From: Octopus sinensis
Lineage: Eukaryota
Direction: 5' to 3'
DNA length: 64,000 bases
Assembly: GCF_006345805.1 (NCBI RefSeq)
Contig: NC_043018.1
Span: forward strand, 4,526,001-4,590,000
A program made the translations under genes and the position numbers. This document shows positions 50,201-62,696 of the stretch, piece by piece (position 1 is the stretch's first letter; every line of letters begins with the position of its first letter). A model generated the notes under the pieces. That model did no database searches and had not been told where the DNA came from. It was given only the letters and a program-made list of their open reading frames with translations.

Positions 50201-52197
50201 CTGAAACACAATATTCAAACAATAGCAATTACATTTGTTAGGTTAGTCCACATTACTCTTGTTGGAGCAGAGGGCTGCCAACCCGGTTTCTCACTCCCTC
50301 TGGCTTATGTATATTCCCCAACTGGATGGGACACCAGTCCATCGCAGCGTTACTCATTTTTACCAGCTGAGTGGACTGGAGCAATGCGAAATGAAGTGTT
50401 TTGCTCAAGAACACAAACACATCACCTGGTCCAGAAATTGAAACCATAATCTTATGACCACTGACCCACACGCCTCCACAACAATCACATAGATTGAAAT
50501 ATTTTAAAGTTTTTTGATTTTTATTTGCCATTTATAAAGAAGAGAAATTGTTTTCAACTCTTAACATATTTTTCTGGTTTTTTTTTAAATTTGTTATTTA
50601 ATAACGCATGCTTTGAGAGAGTAAGAATATGGTTTTTCAAAAGTCACCTTTAGAGATGAAACATTTTTCTAAACCTGATAATTTCCAGCCCAATTATTCT
50701 ATCTATTTGCTGTTCAAAGCAATCATACCCAATCCACCAACATCTACCTTGCAATGTTGTTCTAAAGCTAAAAAAAATGATATAAGTACAGGTGTGGCAA
50801 GAAGTTTACTTCCCAGTCACAAGGTTTCAGGTTCAGTCTCACGACACGTGGCACCTGGGGCAACTGACTTCTGCTGCAGCACTGGGCTGAGAAAAGCCTT
50901 GTGAGTGAATTTGGTAGACGGAAACTGAAAGAAGCCCTTTGTCTACATATATATATATGTGTACACATCTGTGTGTGTGTGTGTGTTTGTCCCCCATCAC
51001 AGCTTGTCAACCAATGTTGTTTATGTTTGCATCCTCAAGACTTAGCAAAAACGACTGAGAGAATAAGTACCAAGCTTTAAAAAAAAAACAAGAAAAATTG
51101 TCAGAGTCAATTTATTCAAGGCAGTGCTCCAGCATGGTCACAGTCTAATAACTAAAACAAGTAAAAGACAAAAGCTGTCCTCAGCTACAAAAGCTGATGT
51201 AAGATTAATTTAAAACAAAGTGAGTGATAAAACGTTACAATCAACAGAGTAACTTCAATGTTAAAGGATTAACAAAGGACCTTGAAGCAGATAAAGCTAT
51301 ATTTAACAGCGTCTAAAATAATGGGTTAAAAAAAACCCTCGGATGGAAAAATGCTGAAGGCTTTCAACTCTTTTCTGTCCAAGTGTTTATTAATCCAATA
51401 TTCTCCATGCTAATCTTTATAGTTTTATCTACTTCGAGTTCCACTGTAAAAAAAATAAATAATCTACTGCAGGTGCAGGCATGGCTGTGTGGTAAGAGGT
51501 TGTTTCCCAACCTCATGGTTCTAGGTTCAGTCCCACTGCACGACACCTTGGGAGCCAGTTTTTTCTACTATAGCCTCAGGCCAACCAAAACTTGGTGAGT
51601 GGATTTGGTTGATGAAAATTGAAAGAAGACTAGTGCTGATCCCTTGTGCTAGAGGGGGAACTTGTGCTAGAGGTAGACCCATGAAGAGATGAGATGAGGT
51701 GGTGAAGCATGATCTCCAAACTTTGGACAAGTGACTGAGGCCTTTGGCGATATGCTGTGCTTGAGAAGACTCGTCAATCCAAGTGAAATCACAGTCATAG
51801 CTGAAGCTGATGTTACGTAAGCAGCACCTGTGCAGGTAGCACATAAAAATCCACCTTTCGAGTGTTGAGCCTTACAAAGGCAAAATGGTTGAGCTCCTCT
51901 CAAGTGTTGGGCCTCACAGAGGCAATGATTGAGACCTTTGGCATTATGTTGTGCTTGAGAAGAAGACCCATCAAACCACATAAAATCATAGTTGTGACAC
52001 ATACTGGTGTCACACAAATGGCACCTGTGCTGGTGGCACGTAAAAGAACCTGTTACACTCAGCAAAGTGGTTGGCGTTAGGAAGGGCATCCAGTCAAAGA
52101 AACCATGCCAAATTAGACAGGAACTTGGTGCAGCCTTCCAGCTTGCCAGCCCTGGTCAAACATGGACAACAGACATTAAATGATGATGATGATGATG

Positions 52198-52233
<36 letters not shown>

Positions 52234-52688
52234 ATACACACACACATTTATATGTATATATATCTCTATATGTGCATCTTTGTGTTTGTCTCAATCACTA
52301 CTTGACAACTGGTGTTGGTTTGTTTACATCCCTGAACTAAACAGTTTGGCAAAAGAAACAGATTAAGTACTAAACTTAAAAAGTAATAAGTACTGAGCTC
52401 ACTATAATTGAATAAACCTTTCAAGGTGGTGCCACAGCATGGCCACAGTCCAATGACTAGAACAAGTAAAAGATAAAAGCTATCTCTCAAAATTTCTAAA
52501 TTCTTAGAATGTAAACCATTTTTGGGTTAGATTTGCATCTGCAGTATTTTGTTTTTTCATCTCCAGTTAGTAGGGAGCATATAGTTTATATCCAACCTGC
52601 CCATCCCTCTTGACTGTCACATATTGATGTTTATAATATCAAGAATTGTAACTGTTCAACAAAACAAAAACAAAAATTGAAAATATAC

Positions 52689-52898
52689 CTGTAAATGATA
52701 AGAGACATCTGGTAGAATCAGTGTGTTGCAGATTGCTTCCAAGTGGCCATGGAGTTCGCTGCGGTCGCAGCCTTCGATGATTGCAGCTAGAATCATCAAA
52801 GAAGCTGCATCAGGGTTTTTGCAAATGTGATCCAAAAGAAGGTGACTCCAAGTTTCTATTTGGACAAAATAACCAACTAGTTTGGCAGATTTTAGCAT
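52689..52898 (-). CDS. DNAAF5: DNAAF5 exon
   Basis: TCCACAG|...|GTATAT; MLKSAKLVGYFV..SLMILAAIIEGC..DVSYHLQ; 210 nt. Confidence 0.9.
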
Positions 52899-53531
52899 CT
52901 GTGGAGAAGAAATTAATTAAAAGTCGCAAAGTCAAAGTGGAAATGAGTTCAATACCCAAATGGAGAGCAGTTCTAATCTCACTCTAACCAAAAGGCAAAG
53001 TAAGCAGCTAAGAAATGAAATGACAATGTTACTTCACAGTCAACTGGTTTCGGGTAGGAGAAAGTGGCTGTGACACTGAGTAGTGGATGAGAAGGCCTAC
53101 ATGGTTGCTTCACTTGCTAAAAACAACAGCCAAATCTGCCTTATAACATACACTGTCTTCTGAATAATGTAGTCTTATATAGGGCATGGCTGGGAGCATC
53201 TTTGATAAGAAGCCTGTTCTGGGAGTAAAATTAATAACAACAAAAACAACAATTATACAAAATCTAAATCACCATTGTTTTTTTTCTTAATACTTAGTTT
53301 TCCATGTTTGCATGAGGACTAGCAAGCCAGGAGGCTGCACCAGGATCCAATCTGATCTGGCATAGTTTCTACAGCTGGTTGCCCTTCCTAACACTCTGAG
53401 AGTGTAGTGGGAGCTTTTTACGTGCCTTGCTTCCCAACCATATGGTTCTAAGTTCAACTCACTGTGTGGCACCTCAGGCTGACCAAAGACTTGTGAGTGG
53501 ATTTGGTAGGTGGAAACTGTATGAAGCTTGT

Positions 53532-53572
<41 letters not shown>

Positions 53573-53714
53573 GAGTGTATTTTACCTTGTTAACATTTAA
53601 CACGGATAAATGAATGAATAGTTACCAGGACAGCAAAAATCTCACAAGTAAAGATGTTGTAACTCCTTGTTTATAAAGGTTGAAACTTCGTGTTTACGTT
53701 GAATATTTGAATAA

Positions 53715-54661
53715 TAGGAATAAAAAATGGAGTTAACGCAGGTTTAAACAAGTATTTTTTCTTTCTACATATGTTTCAAAAATTCCACTGATACTTATTC
53801 AAAAGAATAAAAGGTATAAACAATGCAATCTTCTCTTCGGGAAAGGGAAAAAACGAAACTTGTCGATACGACATTTTAGCAAAAAATGATGGATTCGTAT
53901 AGCGATAGACAGAACGCTATTAATATTGTTTAAAAAAACGTTATATGATATAACGTCATAAGTAGCTAACAGAAAGAGTAGGGATATTAATAGTGAATGT
54001 TAAATATAAGGAAATTAAAGTCTAAACTATATATAATGATAGAGACTACTTATATGCACTAAAAGTATGTTTTTGCCAATGCTTATATCTGTATGCTCGT
54101 TCTATAACCGTGTTTACTAGAGTATTTTTAGAAAAAATAATGAAAAATAGCTCAGAATTGCAAAGAAGACAGAATTTCTTGCCTTTGTCATATGGTATCG
54201 AAATTGAGAGGATCAACCATTCCAAATGAAATTGTTCATTGTGGTCTTTTAAATTCCAAATCAGTTTGCTGAGACCGTACTATTCCGTTTATTTCTATCC
54301 CTAAATGTTGAGTAATGGATAGAAATTCTCTTAGATAACTCTAACGATGTGCTTCCAATGTAAAATTGTACTTTATTACGAGTACTGATTATACACTGGT
54401 ATATAGAATTTTTAATCTTAGAGTTACTTGACATAAATTTAATTCTATTGGGATTGACTTCAGATACAATAACCTTGTTATTAATATTTCTAGAGGGTTG
54501 GATGGTAGTAGCTAAATTAATGTTAGTATTAGTAAATGTATTAATATTTAACAGTTTGTTATTATGAGAAGATATAATTTGCAAGAGATTTTTTGTGTTT
54601 GAAACATATGTAGAAAGAAAAAATACTTGTTTAAACCTGCGTTAACTCCATTTTTTATTCC

Positions 54662-54663
<2 letters not shown>
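53715..54663 (-). mobile_element. Penelope-like element relic: GIY-YIG endonuclease fragment bracketed by a perfect 66-bp inverted repeat
   Basis: IISSHNNKLL..SIYQCII..FYIGSTSLELSKRISIHYSTFRDRNKRNST, then (frameshift) IWNLKD..WLIL..PYDKGKKFCLLCNSE. The IR is 53715-53780 / 54598-54663. Confidence 0.85.
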
Positions 54664-54695
<32 letters not shown>

Positions 54696-55287
54696 TATAT
54701 ATACATATATATCGTCATGATTTAATGTCCGCTTTCTATGCTCGCATGGGTTGGATGGTTTGTCAGGAGCTGGTTAGGCAGAAGACTGCACCATGTTTCA
54801 CTGTCTGTTTTGGCATGGTTTTTACGGCTGGTTGCCCTTCCTAACGCCAACCACTCTGAGAGTGTAGTAGGTGCCTTTTATGTGCCTTGCTTCCCAACCA
54901 AATGGTTCCGAGTTCAACCCACTGCGTGGCACCTCAGGCTGACCAAAGATTTGTGAGTGAATTTGGCAGGTGAAAACTGTATGAAGCCCGTTATATATAT
55001 CACCAACATTATTTAATGTCTGCTTTCTATGCTGGCATGAGTTGGATGGTTTGTCAGGAGCTGGTTAGGCAGAAGACTGCACCATGTTTCACAGTGTGTT
55101 TTGGCATGGTTTTTACGGCTGGACGTCCTTCCTAAAACCAACCACTCTGCAGAGTGAACCAAGTGCTTTTTACATTGCACAAGCACAGACGAGGTCAGTT
55201 TTGGCATGTACAGTGGCGGCCAAAATGTTCAGAATGGCATTGTTTTCGTCAGAAAAGTAGATATAATTTTTTATCAAAGTTGTTTTA

Positions 55288-55658
55288 TCTCTCTATATAT
55301 AAACGGCAGTTTGTCTGTGTGTGTTTCTGTGTGTCTGTTAGGTTGTACCCTCACCCTGACCACAGCTTTCAACCGATTCTGATGAAACTTGACACACACA
55401 AAGCCCAATGTCATAATTCAAAACTAACGCAGCGAAAATTTTGAAAAGTTCCTCCAGTTCTGAAAAAAATCGATAAATTCGACATGGGGTCGAGAATCAG
55501 AAACACAAACCATAGACTGTCTAGGGGACGCAACTCGACCTTTTTAACTAAAAAAAAATTTACCATAATTTTTTTTCCATTTTTTGGTTATAACTCTCTA
55601 AAAATGCTTTATAGTTATTTCCCTTACAAACCCGAGCAACGCCGGGCGATACTGCTAG
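55288..55658 (+). mobile_element. Non-autonomous Helitron-like element
   Basis: 5' TC start after A (55287); 3' GC-rich hairpin CCCGAGCAACGCCGGG then CTAG followed by T (55659); no TSD. Confidence 0.75.
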
Positions 55659-56770
55659 TATTCTATAATTTTCACGGACAATAAATATTTACAGACAGAC
55701 AAATAGATATATGTGTCTTTGTGTGTGTGTCTGTGGAAGGAATCTGGGGTAGAGAGAGACATGGGATGAGGTGGTGAAGCATGACCTTTGAATGTTGGGC
55801 CTCAAAGAGGCAATGACAAAAGACCAAGACCTCAGGAGGTATGCTGTGACTGAGAAGACCTGGCAAATAAAGTGAGTCCACAGGTGTAATCTACACCAGC
55901 ATCACATAATCAGCCCACCCAAAAGTACCTTGGATTGTAGGGTGACATGCCGTGCTTGAGGGGACCTATTGAGTCAAGTACATCAACATCAATATGAAAA
56001 TCAAATCAAATGGAAATGTTAGTTGTGACTCCCATGCTGGTGGCACATAAAAAGCACCATCCGAACGTGGCTGATGCCAGTGCCACTCTGACTGGCTTCT
56101 GTGCCAATGGCACATAAAAAGTACCATCCGATCATGGTCGATATCAGCCTCCTTTGGCCCCTGTGCCGGTGGAACATAAAAAGCACCCACTACACTCTCA
56201 GAGTGGTTGGCTTATGAAGGGCATCCAGCTGTAGAAACACTGCAAGATCAGATTGGGGTTTGGTGCAGCCTCCTGGCTTCCCAGATCCCAGTCGAACCAT
56301 CCAACACATTCCGGCATGAAAAACAGACATTAACTGATGATGATGATATATATATACATATATATATATGTATACTTACTTGGGAATGGATGTGGCGTTC
56401 AATTAAATAATAATAAATAATATATATATACATATGCATATGTGTGTGTGTGTATATATATATATATGTGGCACGTAAAAAGCACCATCCGTTCGTGGCC
56501 GTTGCCAGCGCTGCCCCGTCTGGCCTCCGTGCCAGTGGCACGTAAAAGCACCATCCGTTCGTGGCCGTTTGCCAGCTCCGTCTGGCTCCTGTGCGGGTGG
56601 CACGTAAAAAGCACCCACTACACTCGCGGAGTGGTTGGCGTTAGGAAGGGCATCCAGCCGTAGAAACACTGCCAGATCAGACTGGGCCTGATGCAACCTT
56701 CTGGCTTCACAGACCCCAGTTGAACCGTCCAACCCATGCTAGCATGGAAAACGGACGCTAAATGATGATG

Positions 56771-57165
56771 ATATGCATATATGGGTACAGGTCGTCACCA
56801 ACTGTGCAAACAACAGGAAATATGTAGACCTCTTTCCAAAGAAAATATTCTTCCCAGCATTCACTATTTTCCTCTCATTCTGGTCTAACAACCCTCCATA
56901 TTTTGTTTTCATTCAGTTTCCTTGTATGTCTCCACTGTCCTGTTTTTGTTCCCAACTTTGGCCCTCCATAAATCCTAAATTTTATTTTAACATTTATGGG
57001 AGCAACTGTCTTTGAAGACTCAAAATGAGGAGTAGACAGACAGACAGACAACAGATGAAAGATCGTTCTGTTTTTTTCTCTTGTTGTTGACGTATTTAAT
57101 TCATTTGTCTGTATATTTCATGTTGTTTACACAGTTGGCGACATCCTGTACCCATATATGCATAT
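56771..57165. mobile_element. MITE with about 45-bp imperfect terminal inverted repeats
   Basis: ATATGCATATATGGGTACAGG..CCAACTGTGCAAACAACA / TGTTGTTTACACAGTTGG..CCTGTACCCATATATGCATAT. Confidence 0.75.
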
Positions 57166-57290
57166 ATATATATATATATATACACATATATTGAGAAAAA
57201 AATTGTCAGACTTTTGGAAAAAAATCATTTTTTCTAAAATTCTGACAACTTATTTTCTCAATATTCAATTTCTGTACATCACACCCAGCA

Positions 57291-57327
<37 letters not shown>

Positions 57328-57591
57328 CAACTAGCTTCTTTAAGTTTTCATCTACCAAATCCACTCACAAGGCTTTGGTTGACCTAGGGCTATAGTAAAA
57401 GATATGAGCCCACAGTGCCATGCAGTGGGACTGAACCTGGAACCATGTGGTTGGGAAGCAAACTTCATGACAGCATAGCTATGTCTGCACCTATAAGCCA
57501 TGTTAAAAAACACATTCTGTCCTTACTAGGGAAGGAAAGACCATAAATTTTAAAAAAAGGTCCAAAAAATGCAAATCAAAAAGTGACTAAC

Positions 57592-57824
57592 ATTTGATAC
57601 CACTTGTTTTTCTTCATCTTTGCAAGCTGTAAACATCCCAGACAAGAGAATCTGTAAGTGTTGTGTTATACTCCTCTCAGCATTCAACAGAAGCACACAC
57701 AGCAAACTTGATGCTTGGACGCGAGTAGCTGGAACCCAGTCCTTCAGATCGTTCACTAATGCAGGTAATATTTTGGATAAGTGACGATTCACAAGAACAC
57801 GACATCCCAAATTCGGTCTCTCAG
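57592..57824 (-). CDS. DNAAF5: DNAAF5 exon
   Basis: CTTTTAG|...|[47 protein letters not shown] versus human [41 protein letters not shown]; 233 nt. Confidence 0.95.
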
Positions 57825-58436
57825 CTAAAAGCAAAACAAAAATAAATAAATAAATAAAAAAGAGGAAATAAGAAAAGAAAAAATGAAGATTTTGGACTGA
57901 AGAATTGTATAATGTTGCAAAAAAAAAATTTATTGATGAATTATTTGAATATATTTTTGTTAAACCTTTGACATTCAGATTACTCTGTCGAATGTAATGT
58001 TTATTTGATCAAATTGTTTTAAATTAATCCTGCATCATAACTTGAAGATTTCAATGATGTGATTGTTTATTTTTAGAATGACATTGTGGGGTATGTGTGA
58101 GAGGCTGGATCTGGCTGGTTTGAACATAAAACAGGTGGAATATTTGGGCTGGATACGGCCGGTTTGAACGCTAAAGGGTTAAACATTGAGGCAGCAAGAT
58201 AACAGAATTGCTACAGGACTAGATGCAATGCTTTGAAGAATTTGTTCCAACTCTGGGGTTCTGAGTTCAACTACCACTGAAGTCACCTGTGCCCTTCATC
58301 CTTATAAGGATTCATAAATAAAACATCATTCCAGGGCAAATAACTCATGGCAGATACTACAAAGTATCCCATCCTGGATACCTTGTGGTATCTGTGTTGC
58401 AACTGCATTCTGAGTTCAAATCCTGCATCTTCTCTC

Positions 58437-59830
58437 ATCATCATCGTTTAACGTCCGTTTTCCATGCTAGCATGGGTTGGACGGTTCTACCGGGGATATG
58501 GGAAGCCAGAAGGCTGCACCAGGCTCCAGTCTGATCTGGCAGTGTTTCTACAGCTGGATGCCTTTCCTAATGCCAACCACTCCGTGATTGTACTAGGTGC
58601 TTTTTACGTGCCACCTGCAGAGGTGCCAGGCGAGGCTGGCAACGGCCACGATCGGATTGGTGCTTTTTACGTGCAGTTTCCATTGATTTTTGATGTTGGT
58701 GTACTTGACTCAATGGATCTCCTCAAGCACAGGGTCGAAACGGTGTTTCTTTACTTGCCACCTGCACAGGAGTCAGTCCAGCGGCACTGGCAACTGCTGG
58801 GTGCCAGTCATAGGATTGGTTCAATTTCGATTCCGATTTCACTTGCCCCAACAGGTCTTTGCAAGCAGAGTTTAGTGTCCAATGAAGGGAGGTTGGCATG
58901 GGTGCCTGTTGTTGGATGAGGTTCGATTTCAACTTTGCTTGCCTCAACAGGCCTTCGTGTGTCCAAGGGAGGGAAGGCATGCATAAGTGGGCTGGCTGGG
59001 ATGGACTCACTTGTCCTGCCGGGTCTTCTCACGCACAGCATATTTCCATAGGTCTCGGTCACTAGTCATTGACTCGGTGAGGCCTAAAGTTCAAAGGTCA
59101 TGCTTCACCACCTCATCCCAGGTTTTCCTGGGTCTACTTCTTCCACAAGTTCACTCAACTGCTAGGGATTGGCACTTTTTCACACACCTATCTTCATCCA
59201 TTCTCGCCACATGACCATACCAGTGCAATTGTCTCTCTTGCACACCACATCTGATGCTTCTTAGGTCTAACATTTCTCTCAAGGTACTTACACTCTGTCG
59301 AGTATGTATACTGACATTACACATCCATCGGATCATACTGGCTTCATTCCTTGTGAGCTTACGCATGTCCTCAGCAGTCACAGCCCATGTTTCACTGCCA
59401 TGTAGCATGGCTGTTCATACACATGCATCATACAGTCTGCCTTTTACTCTGAGCGAGAGGCCTTCAGTCACCAGCAGAGGTAAGAGCTCTCTGAACTTTG
59501 CTCAGGCTATTCTTACTCTAGCAGTTACACTTTCAGCACACCCACCCCAGCTACTGACTTGGTCCCCTAGATAATGGAAGCTATCAACTACTTCTAGTTT
59601 TTTCCCCTGGAAAGTGACGGAAGTTGTTTTCTGCAGATTTTCAGTGTTTATTGCTACTGAGCACCTGCCACATACAAAATCTTTCTTCCCAGTTAGCTTT
59701 CTTTTGACATTGCTGCACCTCTTATGTGTCCATAGCTTACACTGGGTACATCTCATAGAGTTTCTACCTACGCCTTTTCTACAGATCGAGCAGGGCCATC
59801 TACCCGAAGGCGTCTGTGGTTTGTCTACCT
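58437..59830 (-). mobile_element. 5'-truncated RTE LINE (Cys/His finger, RT C-terminus, 3' UTR, (GAT)n tail)
   Basis: CTQCKLWTHKRCS..FVCGRC, LEVVDSFHYLGD, MLHGSETWAV..LHWYGHVARMDEDRCVKK. The 3' UTR carries the GCACGTAAAAAGCACC modules and ends in (GAT)n. Confidence 0.9.
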
Positions 59831-59837
59831 TGTCTAC

Positions 59838-60370
59838 CTAGGTAACCAAGTCAGCAGTGGAGGAGGAAGTTCTGAAAGCTTAGTAGCCGGAATAAGAACA
59901 GGTTGGGCAAAATTTAGGGAGCTGCTACCTTTGTTGATAAGAAATGGTCGCCCCTCTCAGAGTGAAAGGTAGATTGTATGATTCCTGTGTATGAATAGCT
60001 CTGGTACATGTGGGTCACTAGAGAGGGCATGCAAAGGATTGAAAGAAATGAAGCCAGCATGTTCCACTGGATGGGTAATGTCAATGTGCACACATGACAG
60101 AGTTTAAATGATTTAAGAGGAAAACTGGGCATAAGAGGCATCAGATGTTGTGTGCAAGAGAGAAGGCGGCTGTGCTGGTATGGTCACATGATGCATATGG
60201 ACAGCTGCATAAAGAAGTGCCAATCTCTAATCATTGAGGGAACTTGTGGAAGGGATAGACCCAGGAAGATGTGAGACAAAGTGGTGAGTAAGTATCTTTA
60301 GACATTGGGCTTCACTGAGGAAATGACAAGGGGCTGAAACTTCTGGCAGTTTGTTATGCCTGAGAAGACA
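59838..60370 (+). mobile_element. Second RTE RT C-terminal fragment, head-to-head with the previous copy
   Basis: CTAGGTAACCAAGTCAGCAGTGG..GGGCAAAATTTAGGGAGCTGCTACC..GAAAGAAATGAAGCCAGCATG..CTGGTATGGTCACATG is homologous to the reverse complement of about 59100-59571. Confidence 0.85.
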
Positions 60371-60445
60371 ATCATCTGACACACTCTGTATTACACAGAC
60401 ACAGCCCTTTTCTCAGATCAACAAAAAAAAAATCAATTAACTTAC

Positions 60446-60532
60446 TGTCAGGAGGGAAATGCTTTGGTTCTTCCTCTGGAAAGTCTAATTGGTCTTTTAA
60501 ATCACTTTCATTTTCTTTTTCATATTTTAAAC
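60446..60532 (-). CDS. DNAAF5: DNAAF5 exon
   Basis: GCAATAG|...|GTAAGT; (G)LKYEKENESDLKDQLDFPEEEPKHFPPD versus human [28 protein letters not shown]; 87 nt; absent from the ORF track. Confidence 0.92.
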
Positions 60533-62391
60533 CTATTGCAATACAAACAATAAAGACTGATTTGGATCACTCCATGAACAACTTGATTTAATAAGAAATG
60601 GTGACCTAAATCATATTTTACTTGAATTAAATCACTTTAATTCCAGGAAAATAAACACCAACAACAAAACCAACATTTGAGTTCATCCACAGGAATAATG
60701 ATGGCAGTTTCTTTGTGTCCAAAGATCATAACGAAGAACAGTTTGCCATCTTTGGAGTTGCAGAGCTTCTCGTCTTGCCTGCACTTAACAGTTCTAAAAT
60801 GAGAGTCAGTCTGCGCAATCCAATCGCACACTTTCAACTTGGGGATCTGACCTCAGTGGCTCAGTGAGCTAAGGTGGCTACAGTGACCAGCAAGCTATAG
60901 GTTTTACATTGGAATGGCTTTCTCCATGATGAATTACCTTACAGGGCCGGAGAGCCCCCGCCTACTCTGCAGTTGCGAGAAGGGTGTCAAAGAGGACAGC
61001 AGATCACCTGAGGGACTTCACTCCTTGATTATCTGTTGAGGTTGACTCCCCTAGCTTTTTCGTTTTCCAAAGCAGTGGGTTCGTCCACAAGAATAAAGTA
61101 AAGATAAGGTACAATCCCTTCTTCTTTCGATTCTTTGAAGTGGAATGGTTATGTGACAGTTTCTCATTTCTTTACACAGCTCTGTGTATTTTTATTGAAT
61201 TCTGATCTCTATCAAGTAATACTTATCAAAACCAGTGAATTCTACTAAAAACTTTGAGGTTGAGTTGAAAGATAAAGATAACAATGTCCAGAAGCTCAAC
61301 AGATACTAGAAGTTGTTTGGTTCAAAGCAAGAAGATAGGCCAGTGCCTACCATTAAGGCTGGCACTGACCATTGTATTTCTGAATGTTGAGGAACTTTCT
61401 GCAACTAAATAAGAACTTGTTGCAAAATTATGCAAAGATTATCATCATGATGTTCTTTGCTGACAAGAAACCCCTGTGACCCGAAAATACTCTCATTTTA
61501 GTGTCGAAGGTATGATCACCCCACCACCAACATCTCTTTGCAGGGAAAGACCACATGAGAAATTCCTTCTGGCTCTACCTATTGTAAACATGTGGTTGGC
61601 AAGAAACAACTCTTCTGTGAATAACATAAAGATGATGAAGAAACAAAATTGTCAGTGTCGGACAAAATAAAAGTATTTACTTTTGAGCAAACTGGCAAAG
61701 TCATTAGAGTGTTGGAAGACATTCTTTGTGGCGTTTGTTCTGGTTCTCTGCATGGCAAGCTCAAATCTTGTCAAGGTCAACTTTGCCTTCGGGGAGTTGA
61801 TAAAATAAGTAACCAGTCCAGGGTACTTAATAGCATCATCATCATCAGAAGAAGAAGAAGAAGAAGAAACATAGTGGAAATGAAATGTCAGTTTTGGCAA
61901 TGTATTATGCTATGGTTTAGCTCCAACTCAAGCCTGATTGAGACTGTTCTTAACCAAAGGCCTTCCAGAAGTGACCATCTGGATTAGCAGAATTGTTAGA
62001 GCATCAGACAGGATGTTTTGTGGTATTTGGTTTGGATCTTTCCATTCTGAGTTCTTGTATGACCTAACCCATTATTCAGGTCGATACCACCTGGCAGAGG
62101 CACAGTGGGAAGTTGCCCTGGGTCCCCACAAGTCTAGGACTCCAGTGTTAATCTATGTATGCAGTGGCTTGGTGTTAAAATACTATATATTCAAGGGCAT
62201 TACTTTGTTTGGTGGCCAAAAACAATGCTAAGATGGCTTTAGCAGAGTTCACTCTTTTGCAAGCATTCAGGTTGGATTTCTAGTCCTGCCACCAACTACT
62301 CCAACTTTTATGAATGTAACTGTCCAGACATGCTACGAGTGGAGATATATATATAAATATAAGGCATTTTCACTCCCAGCAACACACTTAC

Positions 62392-62634
62392 CTATATCAT
62401 GCCAAAAAGCAAGGGCTGATTCTTGTATTGAGGGCTGGCTGTCATTGATACTTGTCAACAGCAACGGGATAAGTTTGTGATGGTAGGAATATCGATCTAG
62501 CAAGTATAGAAGCCAGTTGCCAACAACGTTTGTGACAGCAGCTCTGACTGCAGGAACCTGGTCAAAAAGACGTTGAGCCAAGTGCAATCTGACATCATCA
62601 ACACTTTTGCCATTACCATTTTGGATAACATCAC
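62392..62634 (-). CDS. DNAAF5: DNAAF5 exon (first one inside the window; the gene continues beyond 64000)
   Basis: TTTCTCTAG|...|GTAAGT; [50 protein letters not shown] versus human [50 protein letters not shown]. Confidence 0.95.
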
Positions 62635-62659
62635 CTAGAGAAAGAATAATGATAATAAT

Positions 62660-62695
<36 letters not shown>

Positions 62696-62696
<1 letters not shown>

